DNA of 63,392 nucleotides, counting the filler, from Octopus bimaculoides (taxonomy: Eukaryota), in NCBI RefSeq assembly GCF_001194135.2. It is 8 parts of 6 records of this genome, joined end to end, with 100 filler letters (N's around TTAATTAATTAA, not from the genome) between each part and the next. Parts side by side here need not be neighbours in the genome. Positions count along the whole stretch, not along the records: positions 61,119 to 63,392 come from NC_068984.1; 7 more parts are not named here. The stretch is one strand, 5' to 3'. The notes beneath the pieces were generated by a model that saw only the letters and a program-made list of their open reading frames with translations, ran no database searches and was not told the origin of the DNA. Made by a program: the position numbers and the translations under genes. This document shows, piece after piece, positions 61,671 through 63,392 of this stretch (position 1 is the stretch's first letter; every line of letters begins with the position of its first letter).

Positions 61671-62814
61671 AATCCTTGTTATATTAAACCAGAGAAAGAA
61701 AAGAAAACCTTAAAAAAAGAATCATTAATTTTCATTTTATTATTGTGTCTTTGTCAGGGGTGGAGAACACTTCACCCTGAGGTGATATTTTTGCTTGCAA
61801 TTATATTTAAAACTATCCACTAATAAAGTCTCCAAAAAGATCATATGAAAAAATGATTTCAGCCTTAGGAAATAAACAGAGTTTAATAAAAAGTATAGGC
61901 TTACAAATTTATAAAATTCAAGAATAATTATTTTATTTTTCTCACTACAGATGTGCCCCCAAATCTTCTGTACTTTCCATTCACCAACTGTATTAAGACT
62001 GTTCCTTAGTCTTACAATAAATGGAAGTCAAACTAAATAGCCCTTCATAGAATTTGGCCCAAAACTCAGAGGAAATATACTGAAATTTTCTATGAAAACC
62101 AATACAAAAAATCGTATTTTTATTTTGGGATATTTTAATTGCTATTTCAGCAATTGTTGAAAAGGCTATTTTGCTAATGAAGTCAAAATAAGGCTCAAAC
62201 ATGACTAAAGTTGTCTCCCATGTATTATTAAATAAATGGAAAATGATATTTGTCAATGACTTATATTGTTTTTTACCTTAACCACAGATTTTTGTGCAGT
62301 TAGCTTTCTAGTGTTGTCTGTATTATGTTATGTTAGTCTAGTATTTCTTCTGTCTATCTATCTATCTAGCTAGCTAGCTAGCTACCTACCTACCTACCTA
62401 CCTACCTACCTACCTACCTACCTATCTATCTATTTATCTGTCTGTCTGTCTGTACATTTATATATGTATTTGTCTGTCAGTCTGTCTCCCTGCGTATCTA
62501 CCTGTCACTCTATTAGCCTATCTGTTTGTCTGTCTATCTGCCTATCTGTCTGTCAATTTATGTCTGTATCTCCGTCTCTTTATTTGCTTGCCTATGCATC
62601 TGCCTATCTATCCATTTATCTGTCGATCCGCTATCTCTCCAACTCCTCCCTCTCTTTCTCTGCTCTTTCTCTCTCTTCCTCCCCTCTCTCTTTACATCAC
62701 TCTTTTTATTTCGTCACACATTTCCCCTGCATTACAAATGTTAATACCATGTTAATAATGAAAATTAATTTCTTAGATTGGAAAAATGGGGCTGGTTATA
62801 GCTCAGTTTCCCCT

Positions 62815-62868
62815 GGGATCATAAAAATCACTTCAGGGATCATAAACATCACTTCAAGGATCATAAAA
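62815..62868. repeat. 21-bp minisatellite, 2.6 copies
   Basis: gggatcataaaaatcacttca / gggatcataaacatcacttca / aggatcataaaa. Confidence 0.85.
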
Positions 62869-63102
62869 AGGAAATATTGATCAAGTACTTGAATTTATTT
62901 AATCGACTATGATCATCCTCCATCATTTGTGGTTTCCATACGAATGCCAGAAATCAATATTCTTTTCTTTGAACAACTCCAGCACACACTTATTTACCTT
63001 TCCATGTTATTAATTCTTATTCTTAAAGTTTAGAAATAGGGTAATTAAAGAAAATAATAATAACGATGATGATGATGATGATAATGATGATAATCTTTTC
63101 TA

Positions 63103-63246
63103 CTGTAGGCACAAGGCCTGAAATTTGGGGGAAGAGATTGAGTCGATTAAATTGACCCCAGCACATAACTGGTACTTATTTAATCGCCCCCCCCCCCAAA
63201 AAAAGGATTGAAAGGCAAAGTTGATCTTGGCAGAATTTGAACTCAA
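63103..63246 (-). mobile_element. SINE family B, 3' two-thirds
   Basis: aggcacaaggcctgaaatttggggg...actggtacttatttaatcg...gaaaggcaaagttgatcttggcagaatttgaactca; matches 29400-29530. Confidence 0.8.
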
Positions 63247-63392
63247 TGATAATAATGACAACAATAATAATAATGGTTTCAAATTTTGGCATCAGGCCAT
63301 CCTTAGGGGTCAGCCACATTTAAGTGGCAAATATACTTCACCTTGTCATGCAGTTACTGTTAATACCTCATTCAGAGATTTAACATATATAT

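Overview
This is AT-rich eukaryotic DNA, dense in microsatellites and broken by many assembly gaps. I cannot support any intact host protein-coding gene, tRNA/rRNA gene or CRISPR array. Most entries in the ORF track are translated microsatellites or Ns. The interpretable content is a layered transposon graveyard: (1) two L1/Tx1-type LINEs (7275-9235, 39292-41790) and two further 3' ends; (2) a 6-kb cluster (9.2-15 kb) of R4/Dong-type non-LTR elements with restriction-like endonuclease (RLE), twice stacked head-to-tail across (TAA)n tracts; (3) two RTE LINE remnants; (4) four SINE or SINE-like families (labelled A-D here), two sharing 3' tails with LINEs in the window; (5) a pogo/Tigger transposase fossil, a mariner deletion derivative, several MITE/foldback elements and a 641-bp mini LTR element with a 5-bp target-site duplication (TSD) nested in a SINE; (6) three insertions bounded by 77-135 bp direct repeats; (7) a degenerate minimal hammerhead-like motif. 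The repeat landscape resembles a coleoid cephalopod (Octopus) draft assembly, but that is an inference from recalled repeat families. Family names come from manual translation and motif recognition, not database searches. Boundaries of degenerate elements are approximate (tens of bp).
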